DNA of 64,000 nucleotides from Nitrosopumilus sp. (GCA_965218785.1 OZ244650.1:1408001-1472000), one strand, 5' to 3'; shown: positions 1 through 10,395, counted from the first letter of the stretch. The notes: generated from the sequence alone by a model not told the origin. Translations and numbers: made by a program.

Positions 1-1282
1 GGGCACGTTTAAACATCCGTTTACCGGAGAGACATTTCCAGTCAGGGCCAACTGGCAGGTTCAAACCGCAGGACCAGACGGAAAACTAGGCGTTCCAGAA
101 GATGCCATGATATGGAATCCGTCAGTACAGGGATGGGAGGGTGTCGGTCCGGATTCATTTGCAACAAGCAAGGTGACATTTGACTTTGAATTTAGCAACT
201 GGCATAACGGAGAAAAGATGGACATCAATGACATTTTACATTCATTATACTTTACAATAGAATGGGGGACACAGGCAGATGAGAACGACAAGACTTTTGA
301 TGCGGAATTCACGCCAAGAGCGGCCCAGAGTGTCCAGACAATTATCGGCGTAAAACAGATAGACGTGGATACGATTGAAGTTTATGTCAATTATTGGCAT
401 TTTGATGAGGGGGAGATTGCAGACTGGGCAGTAATATGGAATACAATGCCGTGGGAGATCTCATCTGCGATGGAAAAGGCAGTCACGGATGGAAAGGTCT
501 CATTTTCAAGATCCGGTGCCACAAGCAAGAATGTAGGCTGGTTATCACTAATTATTCCAAATGACGCGGATCTTATCAGGGATTACCTGCAGGAATTCAG
601 GGATTCTGGCTATATTCCTGCACCGTTAAAGGAGGGCAACAACTATGAATACTTTCAAGCAAGGTACGACTCTTCAATAAAATGGATCAACGAGAACAAT
701 CATGCAGTGATTAGTAACGGTCCGTTTTATCTAGAGTCATATGCGCCAGAGTCGCGGACCATAACTGTCAGCGCCTTTGATGATGATTCATATCCATTTA
801 AAATTGGGAGATGGTCGGAATTTGAAAAAGAGTCATCACCGGTCATCAGAGATGTCAGCATCAAAAAAAACGTTCAGAGGGGGGAGGTCTTTGAGATTAA
901 ACTCAGAACGGATCACACAGATACCATACTTTATTTTCTGACAGGCAGCGAGGGTAACATGATATCATCAGAGAGCGTCCAGATAAGGGATGGTGAGGCC
1001 ACACTCAGCATACCATCAAAAGACACAGAAAGGCTGGGAGTCGGGGCAAGCAACATCAAGATATTTGCAATTTCAGATTCAGTACTAAAGCCGGATTTTT
1101 ATGAATCAAGTTTTATTGTGACAGACGGCAAGACAGAGCTGCCAGTCAGTACACATCAGGGCGTCGAGTTTGCCAGGGACATGCCAGAATACTGGATTTG
1201 GATGACAATACCAATTCTGATAGTTGCAGTGGCAATAATTTATCTGAGGAAAAGATATCTACGACAATCCAAAGTCCCTTGA
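1..1282 (+). CDS. ABC transporter substrate-binding protein (family 5-like), 5'-partial
   Basis: Frame is open from base 2, so the start lies upstream of the window. Contains 'WHNGEKMDINDI' and 'ISNGPFYLESY' (SBP5-like) and a C-terminal TM anchor with basic tail. Confidence 0.75.
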   Translation, partial: GTFKHPFTGETFPVRANWQVQTAGPDGKLGVPEDAMIWNPSVQGWEGVGPDSFATSKVTFDFEFSNWHNGEKMDINDILHSLYFTIEWGTQADENDKTFDAEFTPRAAQSVQTIIGVKQIDVDTIEVYVNYWHFDEGEIADWAVIWNTMPWEISSAMEKAVTDGKVSFSRSGATSKNVGWLSLIIPNDADLIRDYLQEFRDSGYIPAPLKEGNNYEYFQARYDSSIKWINENNHAVISNGPFYLESYAPESRTITVSAFDDDSYPFKIGRWSEFEKESSPVIRDVSIKKNVQRGEVFEIKLRTDHTDTILYFLTGSEGNMISSESVQIRDGEATLSIPSKDTERLGVGASNIKIFAISDSVLKPDFYESSFIVTDGKTELPVSTHQGVEFARDMPEYWIWMTIPILIVAVAIIYLRKRYLRQSKVP

Positions 1283-1750
1283 GACTGATTTTACCTGATC
1301 CTCATCCTGGACTTTGGCATACTCATCTAGGAGGTTCTGGTTTAGTTCATAAAATGTATGCCCCCACTTGAATTTGTCAAGCAGTTCCAAAGCCTGTTCC
1401 GGGAAACCCAAGACAAACAATGATGCAGACAATGCCTCGACGGTGGTCAGTTTGTTGAGTTTTGAATAATTTACGGGGTTTCCTGCAAGCAATGGCGGGA
1501 GTCTTCGTTTTATCCCGTTGAATTTTTTTGAGAATGCCTGGTCGGCAAGATTCCAGGAGCAGTCAATTCCGACAATGCCGTTAATCTGGGATCTGTCCTT
1601 TGGCAGCAGTGTTTTTTCAGAAAAGGGATCTAAAACCAGACATCTGTTGCCGATTTTTTTGATGTTCCTGGCAAGACCGAATTTTACCATCTTGGCAGCC
1701 GTGCACTTTTTTGGATCATCCTGATAAAACATCAGTACCTGCAATCTCAT
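1259..1750 (-). CDS. tsr3: 16S rRNA aminocarboxypropyltransferase Tsr3 (DUF367)
   Basis: Motifs 'DDPKKCT', 'IDCSW', 'RRLPPLLAGNPVNY', 'LTTVEAL', 'FKWGHTF'. Start placed at MRLQV (1750) rather than 1834. Confidence 0.9.
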   Translation of the reverse strand: MRLQVLMFYQDDPKKCTAAKMVKFGLARNIKKIGNRCLVLDPFSEKTLLPKDRSQINGIVGIDCSWNLADQAFSKKFNGIKRRLPPLLAGNPVNYSKLNKLTTVEALSASLFVLGFPEQALELLDKFKWGHTFYELNQNLLDEYAKVQDEDQVKSVSRDFGLS

Positions 1751-1781
1751 TGATTCAGTCACACCTAACGGTATTTTGAAT

Positions 1782-4700
1782 TTACTGTACGGTCTTGTAT
1801 ATGACTTTGTAGTAAAATCGCGAGGCCTGATCATCTTTTATGACTTTGACGTTCCATTCTGCATCAGGCAGAAATTCCTCAGAGGACTCGGGCAGAATGC
1901 TGAATTTTTCCAGTCGTACGTCCGGACCGCTGTATCTTACGTTAAGGGCGACACCGTCGGCTAGAACAGATTCATAAATCTGTCCGGGTTTTCTAGTGGA
2001 TTCGCTGACAAGACAGCCCTCATCAGGGCCGATTATACACAGTCCGGTATCAGTGGAGACCCGAAGATTCACGTGTGGCTCATCGGCTCTAAGGGGGGTA
2101 ATCAGGGAGCCGGAGATAGCTCTGGGAGCAACAACTGCCGCTAGATCATCTACGGTCTTTTCTGCAACGGGGATTGATATCGTTGTTTCTGGAATTCTGT
2201 TTTCTTTTTCAATTATCGTTTTTAATTTTGATTCGGTTGGTTTTTCAACCACGGTAAACAAGAGTGATTTTTCTTCAAAGTCGGCATTGACTGTCACCTC
2301 GTACTCTCCAACAGCGGATGTCTCATCAGGAATTACAAATTCATGGGTAAAAGAACCCGAAGAGCTCGGCCTGATGTTGACTGTGGAATCGGCATACATC
2401 CCACAGACAAACGTGCCGCAGTTAATTTCAGTATCCGTCTTTTGGATGATGTTTACATCGTATCCCTCAAGATAGATCAGCTTGTTTGGTTTTCCGCTGA
2501 TAGTTACGGTCTCACCAGGATAGTATTCGGGTTTGTCAGTGGATGCCAAGAGTGCCACCGGTCCGTCAAGATCAAAGGCAAAATCATTTGCAACACCAAA
2601 GGTGGACTGTGATCTCGCGTTGATATAATTTGCCTTTATGATGTAGGATCCATCAGTGAAGATTGTAACTGGCAGTTCAAAGAGGCTTGAGAATTCACCG
2701 CCCTGGTCTGGGTATACGGAGGCCTCATGAATCTGTTTGTTCGGGAAGACTCCGTCATGTATCCGGATAGAGACCCTGTCTGGGATGACTAGTCCCTCGT
2801 CATTTTGACTGCGTAAAATGACATTTCCGATGACCTTTAGTTTTTCACCTGCCTTGTATAACGGCTTTTCAGCAGATACGAAGATTGGAGAATCAGATAA
2901 AGAGTCGTTTTCAGGATCAGCTGATACCTTGAAGAAGAGATCGACATACTCAGAGTCAGTAGATACCTTGATTTTGTATACGCCGAAATTTGACTTTAAT
3001 GAATCCTGGATATTGGCAACGTTGATATTTTGATATTTTTCAGAAATCGGGGTTGCCCACGACCATGAAAAACGTTGGTTGTCAACATATGCCCCATAAT
3101 CAGTTCCGGTGCCATCAGGTCTCGTCAGCGAGATTTTGACCGTGTTGCTGCTAGTTGGTTTGACTATTCCCGAAAGGTTGACAGTCTCCCCAAGACCGTA
3201 GATTTCCTTGTCAAGGGTAATGGTTGCATTATCGATCAAATCATCAAACGGATCGGTTATTGAAAAAGTGGTGATTGCAGAATGGGTAAAGTATACTGCT
3301 TTTGCGACATAGTTTCCCAGGGTAAAGACAGTATGCGTGGCATCAATCTGGGTGGAATATCTTCCCGAAATCTCAGGAATGGCCGTAAATTCATATCCTA
3401 CTTTTTGATCATTTTTTGATCTGTTTTGTGCCCCGTTTGACAATGCAAAAATCTCCAGCGGGGTGCCGTCTTCATGGGAGATGGTAATGCGTACCACCGA
3501 GCCGGTCTTGTAAGTGGAATTCTCATGTGGATCCAGAACAAACCCGCTTAGGCTCATCGTCTCGCCAAAATCATAGGATTCTTTGTCAGATTCGATAGTT
3601 AGCGGCTCGGTTATCGCGACAAAGTTTTCAGGATCGGCAACTGCATGAATTACAATGCTTACAGAACCAATGTCCTTTGATACATTGATTCTATAGTCGC
3701 CCAGTCTAAGATCGTTGTCTGGAATTGTAAAAGTATGGGCAAAAGAACCGTCGCCATCTATTGTCAATCCGTCTAGAATTTTAAATCCCGTATCACTGCG
3801 GGAGTTTGCAATGGATGCCTGCTTTGTTTGAATGATCTCCAGATCCAGCGTGCTGACCCAGACCTGGTTTAATCTGCCAGTAATTTTAACCTCATCACCC
3901 AAACCATAAGCGGTTTTATCAGTCCAGAGGGAGATTGGTACGTCTTCTTTAATATCCTCGAGTAGATCAAAGGTGGTAGAGGCGGATTTGTCAGAATATT
4001 CTGCGTCAATCAGATATGTTCCATACACAGGATCCACTGTTGTCATGTATACGCGGGTTGTAAATTCGTCGTTGACTGGGAAAAGAGTTCCACTGGCAAT
4101 TACCTTGTCATCAGGGTCTTTGAGGGTAAATGCCATTCCCTCAAATGGTATTATATCTGTGGCAGTTCCAGTTATCCCAACGTACTCTCCTGGGAGGTAC
4201 TGTGGTTTGTCAGTAAGCAGGTCAGTTAAACCGTCTACTTTTTCTACTTCCTCGATTAGTTCATATCCCACAGAAAAACTGGTGTCTGCTGTCGCATCTG
4301 CATAGATTACAGATACGTCATAAGTGCCTTCACCGACTCCGAGAACCTGCTGCAGTCTAATCGTGGTTTCAAAATTCAGATTCATATCAGGATACAGTCT
4401 CACGGTTTTGACAAAGTTGGGACCGGAGATATCAATCACGACAGAATCGGACTGGAAGAATGGCTTGTAAATGAAAACCTCTTTAGAGACGGTTCCGCTA
4501 ATTACGGCGGTTTGGCCAAAGATGTACGAGGGGTCTGATGAAACAGTTACAGTAACGCCCCGTGATTTCTGTGACTCGATCTGCTTTCCGTTTGATGAGC
4601 CCGCATTGGATGTATCAAATTTCCAATCATATTGACTGTCCAGATCATAACCATCATAGATTCTCTGCCAGGAGGCAAAGTCATTTTGATGGTCAGAGAG

Positions 4701-5069
4701 TGTGGGGGTCTTGTCAACAACGATTCCAGTGTCATCTCGAAGCTCGACAGAGTCTCCAGAGTCAGTAAACCAGATGGGTTGATGTGAATAGATCAGAAAA
4801 TCTCCAGAACCGATCACAGTACCGCCAGGTATCGTCAGTGTTTTTTTAAGACCGACAGTAGATGCAATCTCCCAGCCGCCAATATCGACATCAGAATCAG
4901 TAGGATTGTAAATCTCAATCCATTCAGATACGGAGGCGGCATCATTTCCGGGAGGATTAATGTCTAATTCGTTAATTATAACATGCTCAGAGATTGTCTG
5001 GGCATATGCTGGGGCTAAAAATCCTACAAACAGGACCAAAGACAGTATCATAGGCAGATTCCGGTTCAT
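1782..5069 (-). CDS. Secreted lamin-tail-domain protein with repeated Ig-like (MG2-like) modules
   Basis: Signal peptide, LTD motif 'VIINEL..NPPG...EWIEIYNP', and repeated 'TDK..Y..GE.V.ITG' units; 1095 aa. Confidence 0.8.
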   Translation of the reverse strand: MNRNLPMILSLVLFVGFLAPAYAQTISEHVIINELDINPPGNDAASVSEWIEIYNPTDSDVDIGGWEIASTVGLKKTLTIPGGTVIGSGDFLIYSHQPIWFTDSGDSVELRDDTGIVVDKTPTLSDHQNDFASWQRIYDGYDLDSQYDWKFDTSNAGSSNGKQIESQKSRGVTVTVSSDPSYIFGQTAVISGTVSKEVFIYKPFFQSDSVVIDISGPNFVKTVRLYPDMNLNFETTIRLQQVLGVGEGTYDVSVIYADATADTSFSVGYELIEEVEKVDGLTDLLTDKPQYLPGEYVGITGTATDIIPFEGMAFTLKDPDDKVIASGTLFPVNDEFTTRVYMTTVDPVYGTYLIDAEYSDKSASTTFDLLEDIKEDVPISLWTDKTAYGLGDEVKITGRLNQVWVSTLDLEIIQTKQASIANSRSDTGFKILDGLTIDGDGSFAHTFTIPDNDLRLGDYRINVSKDIGSVSIVIHAVADPENFVAITEPLTIESDKESYDFGETMSLSGFVLDPHENSTYKTGSVVRITISHEDGTPLEIFALSNGAQNRSKNDQKVGYEFTAIPEISGRYSTQIDATHTVFTLGNYVAKAVYFTHSAITTFSITDPFDDLIDNATITLDKEIYGLGETVNLSGIVKPTSSNTVKISLTRPDGTGTDYGAYVDNQRFSWSWATPISEKYQNINVANIQDSLKSNFGVYKIKVSTDSEYVDLFFKVSADPENDSLSDSPIFVSAEKPLYKAGEKLKVIGNVILRSQNDEGLVIPDRVSIRIHDGVFPNKQIHEASVYPDQGGEFSSLFELPVTIFTDGSYIIKANYINARSQSTFGVANDFAFDLDGPVALLASTDKPEYYPGETVTISGKPNKLIYLEGYDVNIIQKTDTEINCGTFVCGMYADSTVNIRPSSSGSFTHEFVIPDETSAVGEYEVTVNADFEEKSLLFTVVEKPTESKLKTIIEKENRIPETTISIPVAEKTVDDLAAVVAPRAISGSLITPLRADEPHVNLRVSTDTGLCIIGPDEGCLVSESTRKPGQIYESVLADGVALNVRYSGPDVRLEKFSILPESSEEFLPDAEWNVKVIKDDQASRFYYKVIYKTVQ

Positions 5070-5207
5070 TGCTGTTTCCTGACTTGCTGTGCCATTGTAC
5101 TCATTTTAGAAGGAAATTGAGGAAAAGTTGAGCTTATGGTTAAAGTCAGATATATCAAAGCCATCAAAGATGAATCTGGTTTTTCGGTATTAAGGCATGC
5201 GTAGGAG

Positions 5208-5462
5208 TTATTCCTCGGAATAGTCGCAGTTTGGGCATTGTTTGTCGTGGATTTTAGAGCCACACTCCAGGCATATTCCCTCTCCGACGTCGCGTGCAAT
5301 CATCTGGCTTCGCTTTGCCACATACACCTTGATTCCAAAATACATGAGAGTCACGATGAGAACCGCATAAATGGGCGCCATAAACGGAATCAGCCCAATC
5401 ATGAAAAGCAAAAGCCCTACAATCAAAAGGATGTCCCGTCTCTCAAATTTCAATGAAATCAA
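5208..5462 (-). CDS. Small membrane protein with C-terminal Zn ribbon
   Basis: Two hydrophobic helices followed by CLECG...CPNC. Confidence 0.7.
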   Translation of the reverse strand: MISLKFERRDILLIVGLLLFMIGLIPFMAPIYAVLIVTLMYFGIKVYVAKRSQMIARDVGEGICLECGSKIHDKQCPNCDYSEE

Positions 5463-5591
5463 TCATCATGGAATTTATAAAAACATGCCGGAGCTCAGAG
5501 CCAATTAGTTTATTTCACATATCATTACTCTAACTCTTCTTCATTGCTCGGCAGTGATGTTATGCGGTAATTTGATAATAAGATATGGTTG

Positions 5592-5668
5592 TGGTGGGAT
5601 CGGCGTGATTCGAACGCGCGACCTCTGCGTCCCAAACGCAGAATCATACCAAGCTAGACCACGATCCC
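5592..5668 (-). tRNA. tRNA-Pro (TGG), CCA encoded
   Basis: Reverse complement reads GGGATCG-TGGTCTAGCTTGGTATGATT-CTGCG-TTTGGGA-CGCAG-AGGTC-GCGCGTTCGAATCACGC-CGATCCC-A-CCA. Acceptor stem, anticodon stem with TGG and T-loop GTTCGAAT are all present. Confidence 0.93.
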
Positions 5669-5739
5669 AGTAAATCATAAAAATCGCCCAATTTAAGCTT
5701 CACAGATAATCATTTTAAAGGCACACAAAGGATCAGTGT

Positions 5740-6636
5740 ATGCAGATCGAGGATTATCTCAAGGCAGGAAAAATTGCCGCCGAAGTAAGGGAAATTGTCA
5801 GGACGAAGGATTGGATTGGAAAGACAGTATATGAGATTTGCGAGTATGTCGAAGGGGAGATTGTAAAGAGGGGGGCAAGATGTGCCTTCCCGGTAAATAC
5901 CAGCATCAACGAGGTTGCAGCACATTATACAGCAGAGCCAGATGATCCGATTACAATCAAGGATACGGACCTGGTAAAGATTGATCTTGGCGCACAGGTT
6001 AACGGCTACATTGCAGATACTGCGGTAACTGTATGTTATGATGTACAGTCTGAGGGACTAGTCAGGGCAGCCGAGGAGGCACTGGCAAATGCAATGTCGA
6101 TGATCAAGGCAGGAGTAAAGGCAAGTGATGTCGGACGGACCATTGAGACTACGATTAAACGGATGGGATTCATACCGATTGCAAATCTTAGCGGCCACTC
6201 GCTGGGACAGTACACGATACATGCAGGAAAGTCCATTCCAAACATTTGGTCAATCGGGGGTTTCTCGCTTTCAGAGAGTTCAGCATATGCATGCGAGCCG
6301 TTTGTGACAACCGGAAAGGGCGGCGGCTTTGTCAGGAACGGACAGATAAAGAATATCTTCGCCATAAATTCACGAAAAAAGACAAAGGATGCAGAAGCAG
6401 ACAAGCTGCTTGATTTTATCTGGGAGAATTTCAACATGCTGCCATTTGCATTGAGATGGATTACAAAAGAGTGGGAGGAAAAAAAGGCAAGGGAGTTAAT
6501 GGCGATTTTGATAAAGAAAAAGGCAGTACAGGCATATCCGATTCTTTTGGAGGTAAATGAACAGAGGGTGGCACAGGCAGAACACACATTCATTCCAAAT
6601 GAAGGCGGCGTGACAGTAACAACCAGGGCACCGTGA
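5740..6636 (+). CDS. map: Methionine aminopeptidase type II
   Basis: Motifs 'AFPVN.SINEVAAHYT', 'KIDLGAQVNGYIADTA', 'NLSGH', 'ACEPF', 'AQAEHT'. Confidence 0.95.
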   Translation: MQIEDYLKAGKIAAEVREIVRTKDWIGKTVYEICEYVEGEIVKRGARCAFPVNTSINEVAAHYTAEPDDPITIKDTDLVKIDLGAQVNGYIADTAVTVCYDVQSEGLVRAAEEALANAMSMIKAGVKASDVGRTIETTIKRMGFIPIANLSGHSLGQYTIHAGKSIPNIWSIGGFSLSESSAYACEPFVTTGKGGGFVRNGQIKNIFAINSRKKTKDAEADKLLDFIWENFNMLPFALRWITKEWEEKKARELMAILIKKKAVQAYPILLEVNEQRVAQAEHTFIPNEGGVTVTTRAP

Positions 6637-6681
6637 TTACATAATTTGGATTAAAATTTTCCACAAGATATGATTTGTACG

Positions 6682-6724
6682 GTTCTGGTGCATTTTGGTA
6701 ATCAGATCACTAGAATCCACCAGA
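6682..6724 (+). repeat. Palindromic repeat, copy 1
   Basis: GTTCTGGTGCATTTTGGTAATCAGATCACTAGAATCCACCAGA; an imperfect hairpin. Confidence 0.85.
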
Positions 6725-6955
6725 CCCAAAATATTATCTGTAATTTCAATGATCATAAATACATCTATGAATAAAAGAGATTCAAATCATGATGTTGTCA
6801 GTCAGGATTGAGATATGATTGCCAGTGATATTTCTTGATTTTGTTTCTTATTCTGTAGTATTTTTTTTGTGTATAATACTTCATGTATTTCTCCAATAAG
6901 TAATCACATTCCTTTTACAAAATGGTATTTGTAACTGATTCTGATTTATCTTTTT

Positions 6956-7306
6956 CTATGGAATTCCGGCTTCAATGTTATCTAGTAATGCTCTTGCAAG
7001 TACCAGATCTTCTGTATTCACATTTTTCCCCACAGTGTATCTAGCTCTAATGCTTAATGTTGAAAGTAAATGGTAATCGGCATATACTGCATTTAGATGT
7101 GTTTCCACCAACTGATTTCTTACATGATGATTTATTTTTGAAGGATATTCTATCTGATTTCTAATAAAAAATTCATCTACCAAATGTAATGCAGTATAGA
7201 ATAATGTGGTAATTTCCCAATCCTTGTATTTTTGATTTTGTGATTGTAGCAAATTATTTGCATCCTTGTTGTGACTAATTTGATCAATTTGAAAATTTGT
7301 TGACAT
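6956..7306 (-). CDS. HEPN-domain-like protein
   Basis: 116 aa, predicted helical. Pattern 'W....LFYTALHLVD', 'NHHVRNQLV', 'LSIRARY' resembles HEPN superfamily members. Confidence 0.65.
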   Translation of the reverse strand: MSTNFQIDQISHNKDANNLLQSQNQKYKDWEITTLFYTALHLVDEFFIRNQIEYPSKINHHVRNQLVETHLNAVYADYHLLSTLSIRARYTVGKNVNTEDLVLARALLDNIEAGIP

Positions 7307-7314
7307 TTTTCAGA

Positions 7315-7914
7315 TTAGAGAATAGTTTTTGTCTCCTTTATTGTGTGAGGCTGGACTTCAGACTCGTGTAGAATCCATGGCTCAATATAATGATCTGGGA
7401 ATCCAGTTTCTAATTTTCGAATAGATTCATCAATTTTCCTGAGCGCATCTGTTTTATCATTAGAAGAATGGATTACAATTATTCTTATTTCTGAATCCTG
7501 TTTTGAATATGCTATTTTTGTGACATATTCCAAATGGTTAAGAGAATTTACTATTCTTTCTTCCTCCATTTGATCTAGTTCTGATGATTTTTTTGTTCCA
7601 GATGAAACAAAGCCGTTCTCATTTAATTTAGTATCAATCATAAAAGAAATCATTTTCTGGAATATGGGCATATTTTCTTCTAGTCTTTTATCTACAACTA
7701 ATTTGATTGTATGTTCGTCATCATACCCTGTACCTCTGATCCTTGCTGCAAAAATTTTCTGGGACGGTCCAGATCTGGAATATTCCAATGTTGGTAAGGA
7801 TTCTGTTGATATATCAACTGAGTTGGATGGTCTACGATATGCGTTTTTAGATGTATATGAAACAGACTTTTTTCCATCTATTTTTTTGATTTCGCTTCCT
7901 TCATTTTCACTCAT
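7315..7914 (-). CDS. Hypothetical protein with C-terminal nucleotidyltransferase(MNT)-like region
   Basis: C-terminal ~85 aa (helix, 'VTKIAYS', 'IRIIVIH', helix, 'IEPWILH') suggests an MNT-like topology. It sits directly upstream of the HEPN-like gene. Catalytic GS/DxD motifs are not evident. Confidence 0.4.
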   Translation of the reverse strand: MSENEGSEIKKIDGKKSVSYTSKNAYRRPSNSVDISTESLPTLEYSRSGPSQKIFAARIRGTGYDDEHTIKLVVDKRLEENMPIFQKMISFMIDTKLNENGFVSSGTKKSSELDQMEEERIVNSLNHLEYVTKIAYSKQDSEIRIIVIHSSNDKTDALRKIDESIRKLETGFPDHYIEPWILHESEVQPHTIKETKTIL

Positions 7915-8683
7915 TCAAATCACCTCTATAGTATACATAAGTTGCAACTGTAAATGCAATCAATACTTTTATTACATTTATTCTTAACTCCATAGGCAGT
8001 TCATCCATTTCTTTAAATTCCTCTTTATGTTCGTTATAAAATTGACTTTTTGTCAAAAGTAAATAGTAATCCCCCGGATTGTCTATTGCTTTTATTATTG
8101 ATGTCTCCCCTCCTCTAATTGAATGATATATTGCCATAGCTAATCTGTAAATCATCGTAGTTGAATCCATAATTTTTTCATTAACAGTTTCTTTTGCAGC
8201 TTGAAAAATCATGTCTTTACTATTTACTTCATCCAAGATGTTGATTGAATGCAACAACTTTTCTGTATTTTTCTTTGCTGACTGTAAATTGAATTCTGCT
8301 TTGTATTTGTCACCGACTATTAATTTTGCAAGACATTCTCTTGAATTTTTTATCCAATTATCAAATGATTCAAACGAATTTAATTTTTTTAAAATATTCA
8401 TTGCTACTATCATATCATATTCCCAATGTCCAAATTGACCTCCATTTGAAGTATGAATAAATATTTCATCTGTAAAGCTTGTGGATTTTATTAATTCATA
8501 TAATTTAGGATTCACTGCAACTTCTAAATTTGTATCCATCTTGGATTCATCTTTTTTTATTTTGATATGTAAGAATGGAAAATTAGGACTAGTTGCAGTT
8601 TTGAGGAAAGTTGCTGTTTGGGATTCTTTTGGATTAGAACCAAAATTAAAGGAAAATCCTTCATGTATGTTATCTTTTAACAT
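7907..8683 (-). CDS. Hypothetical protein
   Basis: 258-aa ORF overlapping the next gene by 8 bp, consistent with an operon. No recognisable motif. Confidence 0.65.
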   Translation of the reverse strand: MLKDNIHEGFSFNFGSNPKESQTATFLKTATSPNFPFLHIKIKKDESKMDTNLEVAVNPKLYELIKSTSFTDEIFIHTSNGGQFGHWEYDMIVAMNILKKLNSFESFDNWIKNSRECLAKLIVGDKYKAEFNLQSAKKNTEKLLHSINILDEVNSKDMIFQAAKETVNEKIMDSTTMIYRLAMAIYHSIRGGETSIIKAIDNPGDYYLLLTKSQFYNEHKEEFKEMDELPMELRINVIKVLIAFTVATYVYYRGDLNE

Positions 8684-8929
8684 ATTTCATATACTCCAAT
8701 ACCTCATATAAAAATAAAATAGAATTCATGTAATCGATTGGATTCCCGCATGGATTTCTTGTCTGTAGATATAGTATATACCATATTGCAATTCATGGCT
8801 AACCTAATTTTTTCATCATCAGTCTGTCTCCTCTTAACCGTTGTCAAATTCTGAAATATGCCTTTCATCATTTACATGAGGTTGTTACTACCTAATTCAT
8901 ATTCATATCTTTTCACCTCGATTTTCGCT

Positions 8930-8972
8930 TCTGGTGGATTCTGGTGATCTGATCACCAAAACGCACCAGAAC
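8930..8972 (-). repeat. Palindromic repeat, copy 2 (inverted relative to copy 1)
   Basis: TCTGGTGGATTCTGGTGATCTGATCACCAAAACGCACCAGAAC. Confidence 0.85.
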
Positions 8973-9079
8973 AGTTTGTACCATTCAGGTGATGATGATG
9001 AGACACAAGACTTCGGAGGGTATGGCAGCAGGGCAGGTATCAGCTGATCAAGGATCACATGCAGCAATCCAAAGGGGTG

Positions 9080-9262
9080 TCACCCCATGGTTTCACCAAA
9101 TATTTTCTCGATGCGTGTTGTACCATCACATGATGTGCATTTTGATGATTCTGCAAACAGGACATCGCCGTCAACGAATCTTCTTTTTCTCTGCATTTGA
9201 CATTTTTGGCATATCTCAACTGTATAGTCGATGATGATCTCCTTGTTCTTCCTCCCAAACAT
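9080..9262 (-). CDS. Small Zn-finger-like protein
   Basis: CQKC...CTSC motifs; start overlaps the stop of the upstream gene. Confidence 0.75.
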   Translation of the reverse strand: MFGRKNKEIIIDYTVEICQKCQMQRKRRFVDGDVLFAESSKCTSCDGTTRIEKIFGETMG

Positions 9263-10395
9263 TACTGTGGCACCCCGGCAGTGTTACCAACGCCGATTAT
9301 CAGTACAGACTGGCCTTCTGTGGTGTTCTCCCGAATCATTTCGTAAACTTGGGAGCGTACCTCGTCGGCCTGATCGGCGATTTCTTTTTTCATCAAGGTG
9401 ATTGCCTCCTTGACTGATTGTTTAATCACGATGGAAAAAACAGGAATCCTGTTGTGTGTTGCAACTGCCTCAATTTGGAACCTGTCAGTTCCAATTCCGC
9501 CAATTGCCGCACCAAAACCCTGTGCAACAGATGCAGAGTCCTCGCCCTCCATTTTCAATGCCGCATCAATCATAATTACCGCATCAATCTTGTTATCAGA
9601 GACGATTGTTTCTAGTGCATCAGCGGGCCGTCCCACCGTAGAAGAGGGTCCCTCTGCCTTTAAAAGAAACAGTTTCCTATTCTCAAATTCAGTCATTGCA
9701 AGGACCGTTTGAAATGCAACGGTCTGTTTTTCACTGTTTAACATCATTCTTCCCACGATCATCGGGCCGATTCCATCACCTACGGGCTGTCCGGCCTTGA
9801 ATGCCGGAATCGCATATCTCATCGCCTCGGCATGTTCTAGTATAAAGGGAAGAAGCATCTGAAGCGGCAGAATCAGCGGATAGTTGTTTTGTTTCTTGGC
9901 AGTCAGATACATGTGGTTGACTATTTTGTAAATAATTTGCAAAGAGGAGGCAATCTCAAGCAGGGTCTGAACCTTGGCCAATTCCAGGTCGTTGATTCCC
10001 GGAAAAATGGATTTTATGTGTTCCCGGGTGTGGTCTTCCCTGGATCTGACAGTATGTTTTACCTTCTCGACGATTCCGCTGGGATCCATATCAACAGGCA
10101 TGATTGTAAAGTAATCCAAAAACCTGTCAATCTTTTTTGCAAAGTCATCCTTGTGGCTCAGATTTTTTTCGGCGTAATTGATCAATTCGGTTTTGGATTC
10201 CTTTCTAAAACCATCAAGTTTCTTTATTGCCTTTTTGATTTCACCAGATGTGACATACAGCTGAATTCTCTGCCCATAAAAAATAAAGAGCACTATTGGA
10301 AGAATCCAGATCAACACCATCAGGGGATTGGTGTCATCGCCCATCCCGAACAGCTGTTCAAAATCAAAATTTATAAAATCCAATAGTGACAACAC
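9262..10395 (-). CDS. DUF1512-like archaeal membrane protein
   Basis: N-terminal TM helix and motifs 'PVGDGIGP', 'KAEGP...VGRP', 'IDAALKMEGE', 'GVGNT'. Confidence 0.8.
   Translation of the reverse strand: MLSLLDFINFDFEQLFGMGDDTNPLMVLIWILPIVLFIFYGQRIQLYVTSGEIKKAIKKLDGFRKESKTELINYAEKNLSHKDDFAKKIDRFLDYFTIMPVDMDPSGIVEKVKHTVRSREDHTREHIKSIFPGINDLELAKVQTLLEIASSLQIIYKIVNHMYLTAKKQNNYPLILPLQMLLPFILEHAEAMRYAIPAFKAGQPVGDGIGPMIVGRMMLNSEKQTVAFQTVLAMTEFENRKLFLLKAEGPSSTVGRPADALETIVSDNKIDAVIMIDAALKMEGEDSASVAQGFGAAIGGIGTDRFQIEAVATHNRIPVFSIVIKQSVKEAITLMKKEIADQADEVRSQVYEMIRENTTEGQSVLIIGVGNTAGVPQ

Larger units (their letters stand above)
6680..8974. mobile_element. AT-rich non-autonomous cassette with terminal inverted repeats and a 6-bp flanking direct repeat
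   Basis: 6682-6724 and 8930-8972 are reverse complements at 40/43 positions. TTTGTA lies at 6674-6679 and 8975-8980. The interior is visibly AT-rich and has no transposase ORF. Confidence 0.6.

Noticed and set aside
8941-8960. GATC pair in the palindrome centre as a dedicated PT target
   Set aside because: The PT motif of this Dnd system is unknown and GATC is common throughout the window, so nothing supports a link.
5592-8974. tRNA-Pro as the attachment site of the AT-rich cassette
   Set aside because: The intact map gene separates them, and no duplicated tRNA 3' end or integrase was seen.
6680-8974. Casposon or integron cassette array
   Set aside because: No Cas1-like, PolB or IntI gene is in the window, and the palindromes lack the RYYYAAC...GTTRRRY attC ends.
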